Source: Endozoicomonas sp. | GTDB taxonomy: Bacteria; Pseudomonadota; Gammaproteobacteria; Pseudomonadales; Endozoicomonadaceae | Length of the DNA stretch: 64,000 bases | Direction: 5' to 3' | NCBI GenBank assembly: GCA_051008495.1 | Contig: JBPCXN010000127.1 | Coordinates: 15,273 to 79,272 of the forward strand | Part shown: positions 29,306 to 39,559 of the stretch, piece by piece | How positions within the stretch are numbered: position 1 is the stretch's first letter | Layout: each line of letters begins with the position of its first letter | Translations under genes and position numbers: made by a program | The notes under the pieces: generated by a model | Database searches by the model: none | What the model was told of the DNA's origin: nothing | The model's input: only the letters and a program-made list of their open reading frames with translations

Positions 29306-31798
29306 TCAGTTTTCACTCAACACAATAGATGGTGATTGACGTATAACCCGGCGAACACCCAGGAACCCGGCCAGACCAATCAACAAAGCGGAAGACGCAG
29401 GCAGCATAATCCAGAGCCATACAGCAGGCTCCCAGCTCAACTCAAAGACGTAGACATTTAGCCACCAGCTGCAGAACTCGGTGCCAGCCACGGCAATGAC
29501 GCCGGACAGTGCGCCAATCAGAACAAACTCTCCTACCTGCATAGTCAGAAGCTGTCGTCGGGTACCGCCCAGGGAGCGGATCAGGGCGCCTTCCCGCAGC
29601 CTTTCATCCAGGCTGGATTCTATCGCCGAAGCCAGCACCAGCAAGCCGGCCAGCAACAAGGCCAGAAGCATGGCTTCTACGGCCAGTGTCGACTGTTTCA
29701 GCATGGCCTGAACCTGGCCGATGACGGCATCCAGATCCAGCAGAGTCATGGTTGGAAACCTGGTCACCAGGTCATTGAGCAGGATCTTGTTTTCCACCGG
29801 CAGAAAGAAACTGTTCAGCCAGGTGGCAGGCAGACCGTCGAGGGTCTGTTCGGGAAACATCAGGTAGAAGTTGGGTTGAAAAGACTCCCACTGCACCTTG
29901 CGGACACTTGTGATGGTTGCGCTGACAGGCTGACCGGATATCATGAAGGTGAGTTTATCTCCCATGCCAATCCCGAGATCTTCAGCCATTTCCGACTCTA
30001 CAGAAACCTGCCCCTGGCCATCACCTTCCCACCAGTCTCCCTCAAGTATCTGGTTCGACTCCGGCAGCTCCTTCGCCCAGGTCAGGTTCAGTTCCCGGTT
30101 CAGGGAATTGTGCTGTCTTTGTTCCTGACTGACAGCCTGGCTGGTTTCAACGTCATTGATATGCGTCAGCCGTCCACGAACCATGGGATAGAGTTCGGTG
30201 GATTCAATAGCGTTCTGATCCAGAAAGCCCCTGAAGTCTGCCACCTCGGCAGGCTGGATATTCAGGGCAAAGTAGTTGGGCGTATCTTCAGGCAATTGCT
30301 GTTGCCAACGCTCCAGAAGATCCGTTCGTAACAACAACACAATGGCCATCGCCATGAATGTCAGGGAGAAGGCCATTAACTGTGCGGAAGTCTGCCCCTG
30401 TTCCTGCAACAATCGTTTGAGCCCGAGTCGCCAATACAAAGGTACCGGGCGCTCGGAGATTCTCTGCTGGATGCGTCCGAGGCTTGCCTTGACACCCAGG
30501 GTAATCAGCAGCAGGACAGCACCGATGCCCAGAGTGATGCCAATGGTCATCAGCAGTTGCCCAGTGTGATACCAGAGCATCAGCACCATGGCAGCCAGCG
30601 ATAACCCATAGACCATCCAGGTTCTTGCCGGAGCGGGTGTCAGGTCACGCCTCAATACTCTCAGAGGGGTGACCTCCTGCAGGCGGAGTAAGGGCGCAAG
30701 ACCGAAGCCGGCCAGGGTGATCACCCCGGTTCCACCGCCAATCAGCATGGGCATGTAGCCTGCCTGTGGTAGCCAGGCGGGCAGGATTCCCGCCAGCATT
30801 CTCACGACACCGGCCTGCAACAGCCAGCCAATGGCAACACCGGGTATGGCCACCAGCAGTGCCACCAGCAGGAGTTCGCCAACCAGCAGTGTCATCACCT
30901 GGCTCTGGCGGGCACCCAGACAACGCATGACGGCAATGGCGTCAAACCGTCTCTCGGCAAACCGGCGGCTGGACATGGCCACCGCCACCCCTGCCAGAAG
31001 AATGGCGGCCAGACTACCCAGGCCTAGAAACTGCCTGAGCCTCACTACAGAGTTTCGAAGATCACGACGACTGTCATCAGCCATAATCAGTCTTTCACTG
31101 GGCTCCAGTTCCGGTTCCACCACCTCTTTAAAACGCTCCAGCTCCCTTCGTTCCCCGGCCAGCATGATCTTCCAGGTGACCCGGCTGCCGGGCTGGATAA
31201 TCCCGGTCTTGTCCAGGTCATCAAGGTTGAACATCAGTCGGGGGGAAAAGCTGTAGAAGTCACCGCCCCGGTCCGTTTCCAGGGTAATGACCCGGGCTAC
31301 TCTGAGCTCAGTTTCCCCAAGCTGGAGGCTGTCGCCTATTTTGACCCCCAGTAATGGAAAGAGTCGGGGTTCCAGCCAGGCTTCTCCAGGCAGTGGCGTT
31401 TCCTGAACGGCCCTGTCTTCAGTAAACGGCTGATCGGAGATACGCAGGTGCCCACGCAGAGGGTAGTTGTCCGTAACCGCCTTGGCGGATACCAGTTGCA
31501 TTTCCTCCCCGGCAATCACCACCGATGGAAACTCCAGCACTGTCGCTTCTGTCAGGCGGTGGTCACTGATGAATTCCTGGACTTTGTCCGACAGTGGTCG
31601 TGGACTGCGAATCACCATATCCGCCCCCAGCACTTCCGCTACCTGCCGCCCAAGGGCCAGCTGCAAACGTTCACTGAAAAGGGAGATAGCAGTACTGACG
31701 CTGACTGCCATCAGCAATGACAAAACCAACAACCAGAGTTCGCCAGAGCGCCAGTCTCTCAGCAGAAATCGCCAGGACAGTTTCAAAGAGTTATTCAT
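29306..31798 (-). CDS. ybbP: ABC transporter permease, YbbP/FtsX-like
   Basis: RDWRSGEL, YPLRG, RRFDAIAVMRCLGA, PNYFALNIQP, VQWESFQPNFY, LIRSLGGTR; follows the ATPase gene. Confidence 0.92.
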   Translation of the reverse strand: MNNSLKLSWRFLLRDWRSGELWLLVLSLLMAVSVSTAISLFSERLQLALGRQVAEVLGADMVIRSPRPLSDKVQEFISDHRLTEATVLEFPSVVIAGEEMQLVSAKAVTDNYPLRGHLRISDQPFTEDRAVQETPLPGEAWLEPRLFPLLGVKIGDSLQLGETELRVARVITLETDRGGDFYSFSPRLMFNLDDLDKTGIIQPGSRVTWKIMLAGERRELERFKEVVEPELEPSERLIMADDSRRDLRNSVVRLRQFLGLGSLAAILLAGVAVAMSSRRFAERRFDAIAVMRCLGARQSQVMTLLVGELLLVALLVAIPGVAIGWLLQAGVVRMLAGILPAWLPQAGYMPMLIGGGTGVITLAGFGLAPLLRLQEVTPLRVLRRDLTPAPARTWMVYGLSLAAMVLMLWYHTGQLLMTIGITLGIGAVLLLITLGVKASLGRIQQRISERPVPLYWRLGLKRLLQEQGQTSAQLMAFSLTFMAMAIVLLLRTDLLERWQQQLPEDTPNYFALNIQPAEVADFRGFLDQNAIESTELYPMVRGRLTHINDVETSQAVSQEQRQHNSLNRELNLTWAKELPESNQILEGDWWEGDGQGQVSVESEMAEDLGIGMGDKLTFMISGQPVSATITSVRKVQWESFQPNFYLMFPEQTLDGLPATWLNSFFLPVENKILLNDLVTRFPTMTLLDLDAVIGQVQAMLKQSTLAVEAMLLALLLAGLLVLASAIESSLDERLREGALIRSLGGTRRQLLTMQVGEFVLIGALSGVIAVAGTEFCSWWLNVYVFELSWEPAVWLWIMLPASSALLIGLAGFLGVRRVIRQSPSIVLSEN

Positions 31799-32499
31799 CA
31801 GGCGACCTCACGCTGCTCTTCGAGCTTGCCGCCAGTCAGGCGGAGAACCCTTTGACAACGGTGCGCGAGGTCAGAATCATGAGTAACGAGGATCAAGGTC
31901 GTCCCCCGCTCCCTGTTCACTTCAAATAACAGGTCGATAATTTTCTCACCGGTCTTTTCATCAAGATTACCGGTAGGCTCGTCTGCAAAGAGAATGTCCG
32001 GCTGACCGGCAAACGCCCGGGCAATGGCCACACGCTGCTGTTCACCACCCGACAGCTGTCTTGGGTAATGATCCAGCCTTGCACCCAGCCCGACTCTTTC
32101 GAGAAGGTCACTGGATTTTTTCTGGATGTCCCGGCTGCCTGCCAACTCCAGCGGCAGCATGACATTCTCAAGGGCGGTCAGGTTCGGTAACAGCTGAAAA
32201 GATTGGAATACGAAGCCAGTGTGGCCAGCCCTGACTGCGGCCCGTTCATCTTCATCCAGATGGTCTATTCGCTTGCCCGCCAGTGCCACCTCTCCGGTAG
32301 TAGGCAGGTCCAGACCCGCCAGAATGCCCAGCAACGTCGATTTACCTGAGCCGGATGCGCCGACAATGGCCACCGACTCTCCGGACTTGATCTGGAGGTT
32401 AAGTCCCGACAAGATGGTGAGCGAACCACTCTGGGCCACCACACTTTTAACCAGGGACTCTGCCGATACGGCAACGGGGGATTCAGTGCCAGTAGTCAT
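31798..32499 (-). CDS. ybbA: ABC transporter ATP-binding protein, YbbA-like
   Basis: GASGSGKST, FVFQSFQLL, LSGGEQQRVAIARA, LFADEPTGNLD, VTHD. Start moved to ATG 32499. Confidence 0.95.
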   Translation of the reverse strand: MTTGTESPVAVSAESLVKSVVAQSGSLTILSGLNLQIKSGESVAIVGASGSGKSTLLGILAGLDLPTTGEVALAGKRIDHLDEDERAAVRAGHTGFVFQSFQLLPNLTALENVMLPLELAGSRDIQKKSSDLLERVGLGARLDHYPRQLSGGEQQRVAIARAFAGQPDILFADEPTGNLDEKTGEKIIDLLFEVNRERGTTLILVTHDSDLAHRCQRVLRLTGGKLEEQREVA

Positions 32500-32572
32500 A
32501 CGCAATCGTTTATCGTCCTTTCTGTTTTTTATCTTGAGGCTGAAAGCCGGTTCAAGGCTGTTTACGTGCCTG

Positions 32573-33163
32573 ATGCTGGTTGCGGCTCTGGCCCCACAGA
32601 ATGTTTCTGCCGCCAGCAATAAAACCCTGCTGATTTACGGTGACAGCCTGAGCGCCGCCTATGGCATCGAAATAAAAAAAGGCTGGGTATCTTTATTACA
32701 GGAAAAGCTGCGGCAAACCAAGCCCGGCTGGAAGGTGGTCAACCTGAGCATCAGTGGTGAAACCACCGCCGGTGGCGTCAGCCGGCTGGTGCAGGCCTTG
32801 AAGAAACACCAGCCCGATCTGATGCTGCTGCAACTGGGCGCCAACGACGGATTACGGGGCACTTCGCTGAAATCTATGAAAGGCAACCTGGAAAAAATGA
32901 TTGTCCAGGCCCAGGGAAAAGGCGTCGATGTGGTACTGTTCGAGATGAGAATCCCGCCCAATTACGGCCCGGTTTACACCCGCGGTTTTACACAAACTTT
33001 TCACGATCTGAGTAAAACCTATGATGTTCCGGTGCTGCCCTTCTTCCTCGACGGTGTGGCCGGGCACAGTGACCTTAACCAGGATGACGGCATCCATCCC
33101 AAAGCCTTGGCGCAACCCAGGTTGCTGAAAAACGTCTGGCCCCACCTGGAACCATTGCTTTGA
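32573..33163 (+). CDS. tesA: Arylesterase / thioesterase I (SGNH hydrolase)
   Basis: GDSLSAAYG, SISGETTAGG, LGANDGLRG, IPPNYG, DDGIHP; divergent from ybbA. The start is uncertain and may be slightly upstream. Confidence 0.92.
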   Translation: MLVAALAPQNVSAASNKTLLIYGDSLSAAYGIEIKKGWVSLLQEKLRQTKPGWKVVNLSISGETTAGGVSRLVQALKKHQPDLMLLQLGANDGLRGTSLKSMKGNLEKMIVQAQGKGVDVVLFEMRIPPNYGPVYTRGFTQTFHDLSKTYDVPVLPFFLDGVAGHSDLNQDDGIHPKALAQPRLLKNVWPHLEPLL

Positions 33164-33169
33164 GCGATT

Positions 33170-34231
33170 TCAGAGAGGCCTGATTGTCTGCCGGATCCTG
33201 CCGCTGCCGGTCAGCTCCAGGAAAGCCTCCCCCAGTCGCTCACTTTCACGGATCACCACCCGCCAGTATTTGATGCGCTCATCTCGCGGGAGGTTTTTGA
33301 AATCATTACGGTCCGGGATCTTCCCGTGCGGCAGCCTGGAAACGAAGTCTGCCGAAGGCGACACCAGCACAACGTTATCGCAGTTCTCAGGCGAGGGCCG
33401 GCGCCACTTCAACCCCTTGTCGAACCATCCTGGAATCATATGACGGTAGAAATGCGGGTACAGAACCAGCTGGTCTTCTTCGGCAAATTTGATATCGAAG
33501 TGATAGTCTGTGACCCCACCATCTCTGTATATGCCAGCGGGCGCATCGGGAATATTCCGAACGCCTTCCATGACAATAGGAATAGAGCCTGAAGCCAGCA
33601 CGGCTTTAGCAAGGTTATCTTCCGACAGCTCCACCCTCTGGGTGCGAAGATCACTTATGGCATAAAAAGGGGCTTTCTCTCCCGGTGGGTGGAACAGCGT
33701 TCTGGTAAAGAAAGCGTTCAGGCTTTTGCGGCTGATCATGTTAGAAGCTGCCGCCAGACTCATTCCCGCCATCAGGGGCCCTTTGCGCTCACTTCGGCCA
33801 AGACCATGGCTGCGTACCGCGATCAGGTTGAAACGCATCACGGGGTTTTCAATGATTTCCCTGGCGCCATTCGTTCCCAGGATGTCCTTGACCAGCTGTC
33901 GTGCTTCCCGGCTGATTTCTGCTGCGTCAGGCCTGGCGGAATAGCTGGTCATCAGGTAGCCCTGTTCAAACCGTTCATGGGCCGCCAGGGCATCGTTCTG
34001 GGCATAACAGCAAAAGCGCCAGCTTCCTGCGGAAGTCCCCAGCAGATGCAGCGGACGCTGACGATCCTTGAAAAATTCACCCATCAGGGCCTTGTCCAGC
34101 CCGGTCAGAACAAACCACTTGGGACCGCCGGAAGCGCCGACCATGACATCCACACTGTCAGGGTTCAGGCCACATTCCCTGATCCGCTCAAGGGCTTTTC
34201 TGCCCGCCCTGATTTCCAGAACTTCACTCAT
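33170..34231 (-). CDS. Patatin-like phospholipase family protein
   Basis: GASGGPKW, nucleophile elbow GTSAG, ASGSIP, DGG. Confidence 0.85.
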   Translation of the reverse strand: MSEVLEIRAGRKALERIRECGLNPDSVDVMVGASGGPKWFVLTGLDKALMGEFFKDRQRPLHLLGTSAGSWRFCCYAQNDALAAHERFEQGYLMTSYSARPDAAEISREARQLVKDILGTNGAREIIENPVMRFNLIAVRSHGLGRSERKGPLMAGMSLAAASNMISRKSLNAFFTRTLFHPPGEKAPFYAISDLRTQRVELSEDNLAKAVLASGSIPIVMEGVRNIPDAPAGIYRDGGVTDYHFDIKFAEEDQLVLYPHFYRHMIPGWFDKGLKWRRPSPENCDNVVLVSPSADFVSRLPHGKIPDRNDFKNLPRDERIKYWRVVIRESERLGEAFLELTGSGRIRQTIRPL

Positions 34232-34243
34232 ATATCTTGCAAC

Positions 34244-34639
34244 TTACCGCTCTTGACTCTGAGCCAGCAACTGCTGACGTATATCCTCGGGAATACGCAC
34301 GGACTTCTGGTCGCTGTAATCATAGTGAATCAACACAGCCTTACCCCGGGCGACAAGCCGCTCTTTCTGCCAGACCTCATGAAGAATCACCATGGACGAG
34401 TTACCGACTTTTTCCAGGCAGGTTTTTATCAGGACATCGGAGCCGTAATAAATCTGGGCTAAATATTCCACGTCGATGCGGGCAAGAATCAGCTGCCAGT
34501 CATCGACTCTCATCGCGGGAGAAAACAACCTGAAGACTGGCTCGCGGGCTTTCTCAAACCAGACCGGCAGAGCGGTATTGTTGATATGTCCCAGGGCGTC
34601 TGTCTCACAAAAGCGGGGAGAGATGATTTCCTGCCACAT
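34244..34639 (-). CDS. Acyl-CoA thioesterase (4HBT/YbgC-like)
   Basis: PRFCETDALGHINN...WFEKAR, VGNSS hotdog-fold motifs. Confidence 0.9.
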   Translation of the reverse strand: MWQEIISPRFCETDALGHINNTALPVWFEKAREPVFRLFSPAMRVDDWQLILARIDVEYLAQIYYGSDVLIKTCLEKVGNSSMVILHEVWQKERLVARGKAVLIHYDYSDQKSVRIPEDIRQQLLAQSQER

Positions 34640-34719
34640 ACTGCATTCTTCTTATAAATGTTCAGGCTGGCATTATGGCCCGCAGCTGAGGATGAGATCA
34701 AACGTCTTGGCTCCTGCTA

Positions 34720-35442
34720 TCACCCTGTCTTCTGATACCTCGCTCTTAATTGGGTAGACATCCAGAGAACCACCTTAAGGATTTCCTGACAGATTAAACC
34801 ACCCCATACAACTAACCAGAGAAGGACTTCCGTGATCTCAAGGCAGGCAACACAACCCCATGGGACAAGGAACTTTGCAGCCTGGATTACCCTGGCAATC
34901 ATTTTGCCTGCAGCCTTTGCGGTAAACCAGACCAGCTTGGGTACTGATGGTAAATAAGGAAACATTCCGTGATGGTAAGAGAGCGCCAGCCCTGCAACAG
35001 TTGTTGCACTGATAGCACTAATAGCCAGCCCTTCCCAGGTAGAAAGCAAGAAAATGCCAGTCGCCATCGCCAGAGAAACCAGCTGATAATCACTGACATA
35101 TATTGACACCCACAGTGCAGCCAGAGGGACAAAGGCAGTAAACACCACTTTCCATCCAGCCTGTAGAAAACTTGCACAACTGGCTACTGGTGGGAGCTGA
35201 CCCAGAACCTGTAAACTGGATGGATCAGGGGTAGCTTCCGGCCCCGACTGAACAGATACCCATATTGCCGGGCAGTGATCAGAAAGAGGACTCTCTCCAT
35301 CCGGATCTGAATACTGGGGGTAAACAACTGATGAATTCTCCCTGGAAACCGGCTGCAGGTCCGTAACACCTGAATCTGCACTGGCTTGGAAACTCATAAG
35401 AAATAAGACAAGGGCCATAGTCACACGAATGAAGAACAGCAC
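34720..35442 (-). CDS. Hypothetical membrane protein with signal peptide
   Basis: Signal-like N-terminus, S/P-rich linker, several hydrophobic segments; no family recognised. Confidence 0.55.
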   Translation of the reverse strand: MLFFIRVTMALVLFLMSFQASADSGVTDLQPVSRENSSVVYPQYSDPDGESPLSDHCPAIWVSVQSGPEATPDPSSLQVLGQLPPVASCASFLQAGWKVVFTAFVPLAALWVSIYVSDYQLVSLAMATGIFLLSTWEGLAISAISATTVAGLALSYHHGMFPYLPSVPKLVWFTAKAAGKMIARVIQAAKFLVPWGCVACLEITEVLLWLVVWGGLICQEILKVVLWMSTQLRARYQKTG

Positions 35443-35507
35443 GGTAAACTATCCCGATAGAAACGATTAGCGTTAGTGTAGAAGAGAGTAGTGAAGACAA
35501 TAGATGT

Positions 35508-37814
35508 TCAATTGCCGGCTTCCAGCTGAATACCCGGAGTCCATTCCAACCACTCTTTCCTGGCTTTGTCGGCCAGTTCAAAGCGCATGCCGCTGGCAAT
35601 GGGGGGTGCTTTTGACGGTGTGGCGAAGGAGATACCGCCGGACAGCAGGGCCTCCAGTGATTCGGTACGAATCCTGGCACCGCTGAATAGACCTACATCA
35701 ACGTCTATACCACTGGCATTCCAGAATTGCGAATGCTCGGTTACCAGGGGGGCATAACGTTCATCGATATGAGCAATGATGATTACCCGATCCGCCGGGC
35801 TGTCCAGACGAAAGCCTGTCACTTTACCAACAGTAACTTCCCGGTAATACACCGGGTTGCCCCGACGGATCGAGCCCAGCCGCTTACTCAGCAGTTCCAC
35901 CCTGAGCCCTGAAGCCAGGGGCTGGTCATCCGGAATATCCGCTTCCACGATAAAACGTGTCTTGGTTTCTGCTTTCGATTCCGTGCCGGGAGCGACATTG
36001 ATGTACTGCCCGGTGACCAGAGTTTCCAGGTTGGCGGTATTGGTCAGCCCCAGCTTTGGGCGTACCAACCAGAAGCGGGAGCCTTTTCGTGCCATCCAGG
36101 CAGCATCTTCCTTTAGATGCACTGCCGCGACGATCCCGACTTCGCCCTCCTCCAGCAAAAGCTGCGTGATGCGGCCAACTTCCAGCCCCCTGTATTTAAG
36201 CAGTGTCCCCCGCTGCAGTCCCTCGGCGGTAGCAAAGTGCAATTGAATTTTTATGTTTTTTTCCCTGGCGCTGACCGCATCGTCATAGAGTGTAAAAACC
36301 TCTTCGTTTTTACTGCCCGCAGCGGCGGGGTCGGGAGAGTCAAATGCTATCCCCCCGGATAACAGGGAGTTCAGCGTGTCAGCCCGTATTTTGAAGCCCT
36401 GCAGCCCCCCTTCAAGGGTCAGACCGCTGACATTCCAGAAGCGGCTGCTGCTGTTGACCAAGTGACTGAAGCGGGGCTCGATCAATAGCTTAACAGTGAC
36501 GCCTTTCCCGCTTAATTCATGTGACTGGACGGAACCTACCGACATCTTGCGATAGAGTACCGGACTGCCGTGAGTGATGCCGGCCAGGGATTCCGCACGG
36601 AGCTCCAAGTGAAGCCCCGGGGCCGATGGGGATGCCGGAGGCTTATGAGTGTAGCCCTTGAAAGACCTGGCTGTTTCTGATCTGGACATGTCCACCTGAC
36701 TGACGTCCATGGCCACATAACGCCCGCCCAGCAATGTCTCAAGTCCCGAAACGCCTTTCAGCCCTATCTGGGGCTCAACAATCCAGAACCGGGCGCCCTT
36801 GACCAGGATGGCGTTAAAATCAGGCCGGATTACCGCCCTGGCCAGAATGCCGGCGTAATCACTCTTGAAATCAATCTCCTTGATCAGCCCCACTTCCATG
36901 CCATGGAACAGCACCCGGGTTTTCTCCCTGCCCAGGGCCACATCCAGTGGGAATTCTATAGAAACCGGGATACCCACTTCAGCTTCATCGTAATCCCTGT
37001 GCAGTTGAAAACGATTGCCATCACCTGCCAGAGGTTCAGGTTCTTCCCAGTCAGGCGTGTAAAAGGAAACGCCTCCCTGGACCATGGAAACCAGGGACTG
37101 AGTCCGAACCTTGAGATTGGTCAGGCTGCCGGAAACATCCACACCGCCGGCATTCCAGAAACGGGAGTTACGGCGCACCAGATGGCTAAACTCAGGCTTG
37201 ATAAAAACCTCGACATCCACGGATCGATCATCATCAGAGAGGTTATACCCCGATACCTCCCCCACTTTCAGGCGACGATAGTAGACCGGACTGCCCAGCT
37301 GAATCGACGACAGCTCTTCTGCTCTCAGGAACAGGGTCAGTCCCGCTTCACCTTCTCCCAGCGAAGGTGGCGATTTCAAGGCTATAAAGGTCTTCCGTTT
37401 AGATCCCTTCTCCGAAGGTCTGAACGCAATAAAGTTTCCGGAGACCAGGGTATCCAGGCCGGAGATGCCGGCTACCGTCACCTGGGGGCGAACCAGCCAG
37501 AAACGACTGCTTTCAGTCAGGTAGGGTTCCATGCGCCGATCCATCTCGATCTCCACATTGATCCCTTCCAGATCCTCCGTCATGGTCATGGCGCGGACTT
37601 TACCAACAGCCAGCCCGTTGTGACGGACTTCCGTCTTGCCCACCTTGATCCCCTGGCCGCTGTCAAAGCGGACATGCACCAGAACCCCTTCTTCCTGCAG
37701 AGTTTTCCAGCCCATCCAGACCACAGTGACCAGGGCTGCCAGCGGTAACAGCCAGATGGGGGAAAAACCGGGACTCTGTTTGACTTCTTCGTCGCTGGCC
37801 TGCAAGTCATCCAT
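35508..37814 (-). CDS. pqiB: Multi-MCE-domain intermembrane lipid transport protein (PqiB/LetB-like)
   Basis: SPIWLLPL TM, then repeated MCE units (GIKVGKTEVR..G..VG.V; FWLVRP...SGL.TL..G.YI; GSPVYYR...VG.V; FWNASG). Start moved to ATG 37814. Confidence 0.93.
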   Translation of the reverse strand: MDDLQASDEEVKQSPGFSPIWLLPLAALVTVVWMGWKTLQEEGVLVHVRFDSGQGIKVGKTEVRHNGLAVGKVRAMTMTEDLEGINVEIEMDRRMEPYLTESSRFWLVRPQVTVAGISGLDTLVSGNFIAFRPSEKGSKRKTFIALKSPPSLGEGEAGLTLFLRAEELSSIQLGSPVYYRRLKVGEVSGYNLSDDDRSVDVEVFIKPEFSHLVRRNSRFWNAGGVDVSGSLTNLKVRTQSLVSMVQGGVSFYTPDWEEPEPLAGDGNRFQLHRDYDEAEVGIPVSIEFPLDVALGREKTRVLFHGMEVGLIKEIDFKSDYAGILARAVIRPDFNAILVKGARFWIVEPQIGLKGVSGLETLLGGRYVAMDVSQVDMSRSETARSFKGYTHKPPASPSAPGLHLELRAESLAGITHGSPVLYRKMSVGSVQSHELSGKGVTVKLLIEPRFSHLVNSSSRFWNVSGLTLEGGLQGFKIRADTLNSLLSGGIAFDSPDPAAAGSKNEEVFTLYDDAVSAREKNIKIQLHFATAEGLQRGTLLKYRGLEVGRITQLLLEEGEVGIVAAVHLKEDAAWMARKGSRFWLVRPKLGLTNTANLETLVTGQYINVAPGTESKAETKTRFIVEADIPDDQPLASGLRVELLSKRLGSIRRGNPVYYREVTVGKVTGFRLDSPADRVIIIAHIDERYAPLVTEHSQFWNASGIDVDVGLFSGARIRTESLEALLSGGISFATPSKAPPIASGMRFELADKARKEWLEWTPGIQLEAGN

Positions 37815-38499
37815 GATTGCCTCCCTGGTCGGCTTTTGCTGCTGCATCCCACAACAATCTCGGATCAAAACTGATAGCTGCCAGCATGGTGAGCACCACC
37901 ACTGCGGCAAAGGCATAGGCTCCGGGCCCTGCTGAGACGGTTCCCAGCTGCCCGAAACGCACCAGGGCCACCAGGATGGAAATAATGAAGATATCCAGCA
38001 TGGACCACCGGCCGATCCAGGCAATCAGGCGATACAATGTCATCTGTCGTCTGACCGCCATCTGCGGAAAGCGTACCGAGAGCAACAGCCAGGTCATGCC
38101 GGCCAGTTTCAGCAGTGGCACCAGAATACTGGCGGTAAACACCAGCAGAGCAATGGGCACCATCCCCTGGTTCATCAAGGCTACCACTCCCGACATAATG
38201 GTGTCCGGCCGTCCCTGCTCAAACCGGCTTACTGTCATCATCGGCAGGATGTTGGCCGGGATGTAGAGGAGCGCCGCCGTCACCACCAGCGCCCAGCTTC
38301 TGGCCAGACTGTTTTTCCGCCGCACTTGAACGACTGCGCCACACCTTGGGCAATAACGCTCTTGATGAGAGCACACCTGCCGGCAATCCAGGCAGAGCTT
38401 CAAGCCCTGCCTGTGACCACTTATTCGAGGTCTGGCTTCGTTACTCGACACTGGACTGTTTCCTGTCGTAACCCAACCCTTCCCACAGATCATGCTCAC
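37807..38499 (-). CDS. pqiA: Paraquat-inducible protein A family (C-terminal-type half)
   Basis: C..C...CPRCG zinc knuckle, LYIPANILPMM, DTIMSGV, IGRWSMLDIF, SFDPRLLWD. The start is uncertain. Confidence 0.92.
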   Translation of the reverse strand: MSMICGKGWVTTGNSPVSSNEARPRISGHRQGLKLCLDCRQVCSHQERYCPRCGAVVQVRRKNSLARSWALVVTAALLYIPANILPMMTVSRFEQGRPDTIMSGVVALMNQGMVPIALLVFTASILVPLLKLAGMTWLLLSVRFPQMAVRRQMTLYRLIAWIGRWSMLDIFIISILVALVRFGQLGTVSAGPGAYAFAAVVVLTMLAAISFDPRLLWDAAAKADQGGNHG

Positions 38500-39118
38500 T
38501 CATGTTAATACTGATCCCCAGCTCTGCCAGCATCAGTCCGGCAAAAGAGAAGAGGCCAATGCCGGGGTGGACACTGGCCATATCCGCCAGCTTGATCACT
38601 GATACCAGGACACCGAGCAGATAGATTTCCACCATACCCCACTCGCCAAGGTGCAGATAGCCACGGAACAGTCTTCTTGCCAGCCAGCGCCCACGGTTAA
38701 GGAACACCGCCAGTAATACTTGCAGAAGCACCAGCAGGCGCACAAGAGGCGCAAGGACCGCGGAGAAAAACACAAGTGCAGCCACCCCGGTCAGCCCTTC
38801 TTGATACAAGCCCCGCACCCCATCCAGCATGCTGGCCTTCTGCTCACTGCCCAGGATCTCCATGGACAGGACCGGAAAGAGCATGGCGGGCAGAAAGAGC
38901 AGCAGGCCGGAAATCACCAGCGCCAGGCAACGCTCCTGTCCTCCGGGATTGTGGCAGTGCAGAACATGATGACAACGGGGACAGCAAACCCGCCTTTTCC
39001 TCCGGGACAACCGCAACCGGGACGCGGGGCGAATAAGCAGATCACACTCGGGACACAGCCACATCTGGCCGGGTAGATAGACGCCCGGATTTTCAGAGGA
39101 ACTGCTAAGATGACCCAT
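38441..39118 (-). CDS. pqiA: Paraquat-inducible protein A family (N-terminal-type half)
   Basis: CPECDLL, CPRCHH, LFLPAMLFP, EWGMVEIYLLGVLVS.IKL. Confidence 0.92.
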   Translation of the reverse strand: MGHLSSSSENPGVYLPGQMWLCPECDLLIRPASRLRLSRRKRRVCCPRCHHVLHCHNPGGQERCLALVISGLLLFLPAMLFPVLSMEILGSEQKASMLDGVRGLYQEGLTGVAALVFFSAVLAPLVRLLVLLQVLLAVFLNRGRWLARRLFRGYLHLGEWGMVEIYLLGVLVSVIKLADMASVHPGIGLFSFAGLMLAELGISINMSEHDLWEGLGYDRKQSSVE

Positions 39119-39362
39119 GGCTGTTTACCTGGCAGGTAGTGAATGATGGCCGGTACGGTAACTTTCGTTCACAACGGTTCCTGCTGACACACTGGTACAT
39201 TTCAGCCCGAACCAGTAGTTATTGGTACAATGCCGGGGAGAAACTGTCCACATTCTTGCGTATAATCCCCAGCTATTTTTAATTTGCTCTGTTATCTTCT
39301 TTTATCGGCAGTTCAGGTCAGTCCTCCGCTCCAGCACTGATAACCATCAGTCAGTAGTCTTG

Positions 39363-39419
39363 GGAGCCTGTCGGACTTAAGACAATTTCATGCTCGAAAG
39401 CTTAAGTCTGACAGGCTCC
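39363..39419. mobile_element. MITE copy C (57-bp internally deleted form)
   Basis: ggagcctgtcggacttaag ... cttaagtctgacaggctcc; the halves match the left and right ends of copy A. Confidence 0.8.
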
Positions 39420-39496
39420 AAGAGCGGGGCTGTCACTCCATGCCTGCAATGGATCATTTCCGTCAAAAGCAGGCGAACAGGGTACTGGACTCCCCT

Positions 39497-39530
39497 TAGG
39501 AGGCTGATCGAGAATAGCGATCAGCCTCCT
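39497..39530. repeat. Hairpin derived from a MITE terminus
   Basis: aggaggctgatcg-agaatag-cgatcagcctcct; taggaggctgatcgagaatag matches the reverse complement of the copy D right end at 19/21. Confidence 0.6.
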
Positions 39531-39559
39531 GGAAGAGCATTGCTTCAAGAGGTTACTTT

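Noticed and set aside
32219-32572. N-terminal extensions of ORF-track calls (tesA here; also ybbA 32500-32619, pqiB 37815-38024, hemB 2553-2696, tssK 54011-54100)
   Set aside because: They overlap neighbouring genes; starts were reassigned using family N-termini and RBS.
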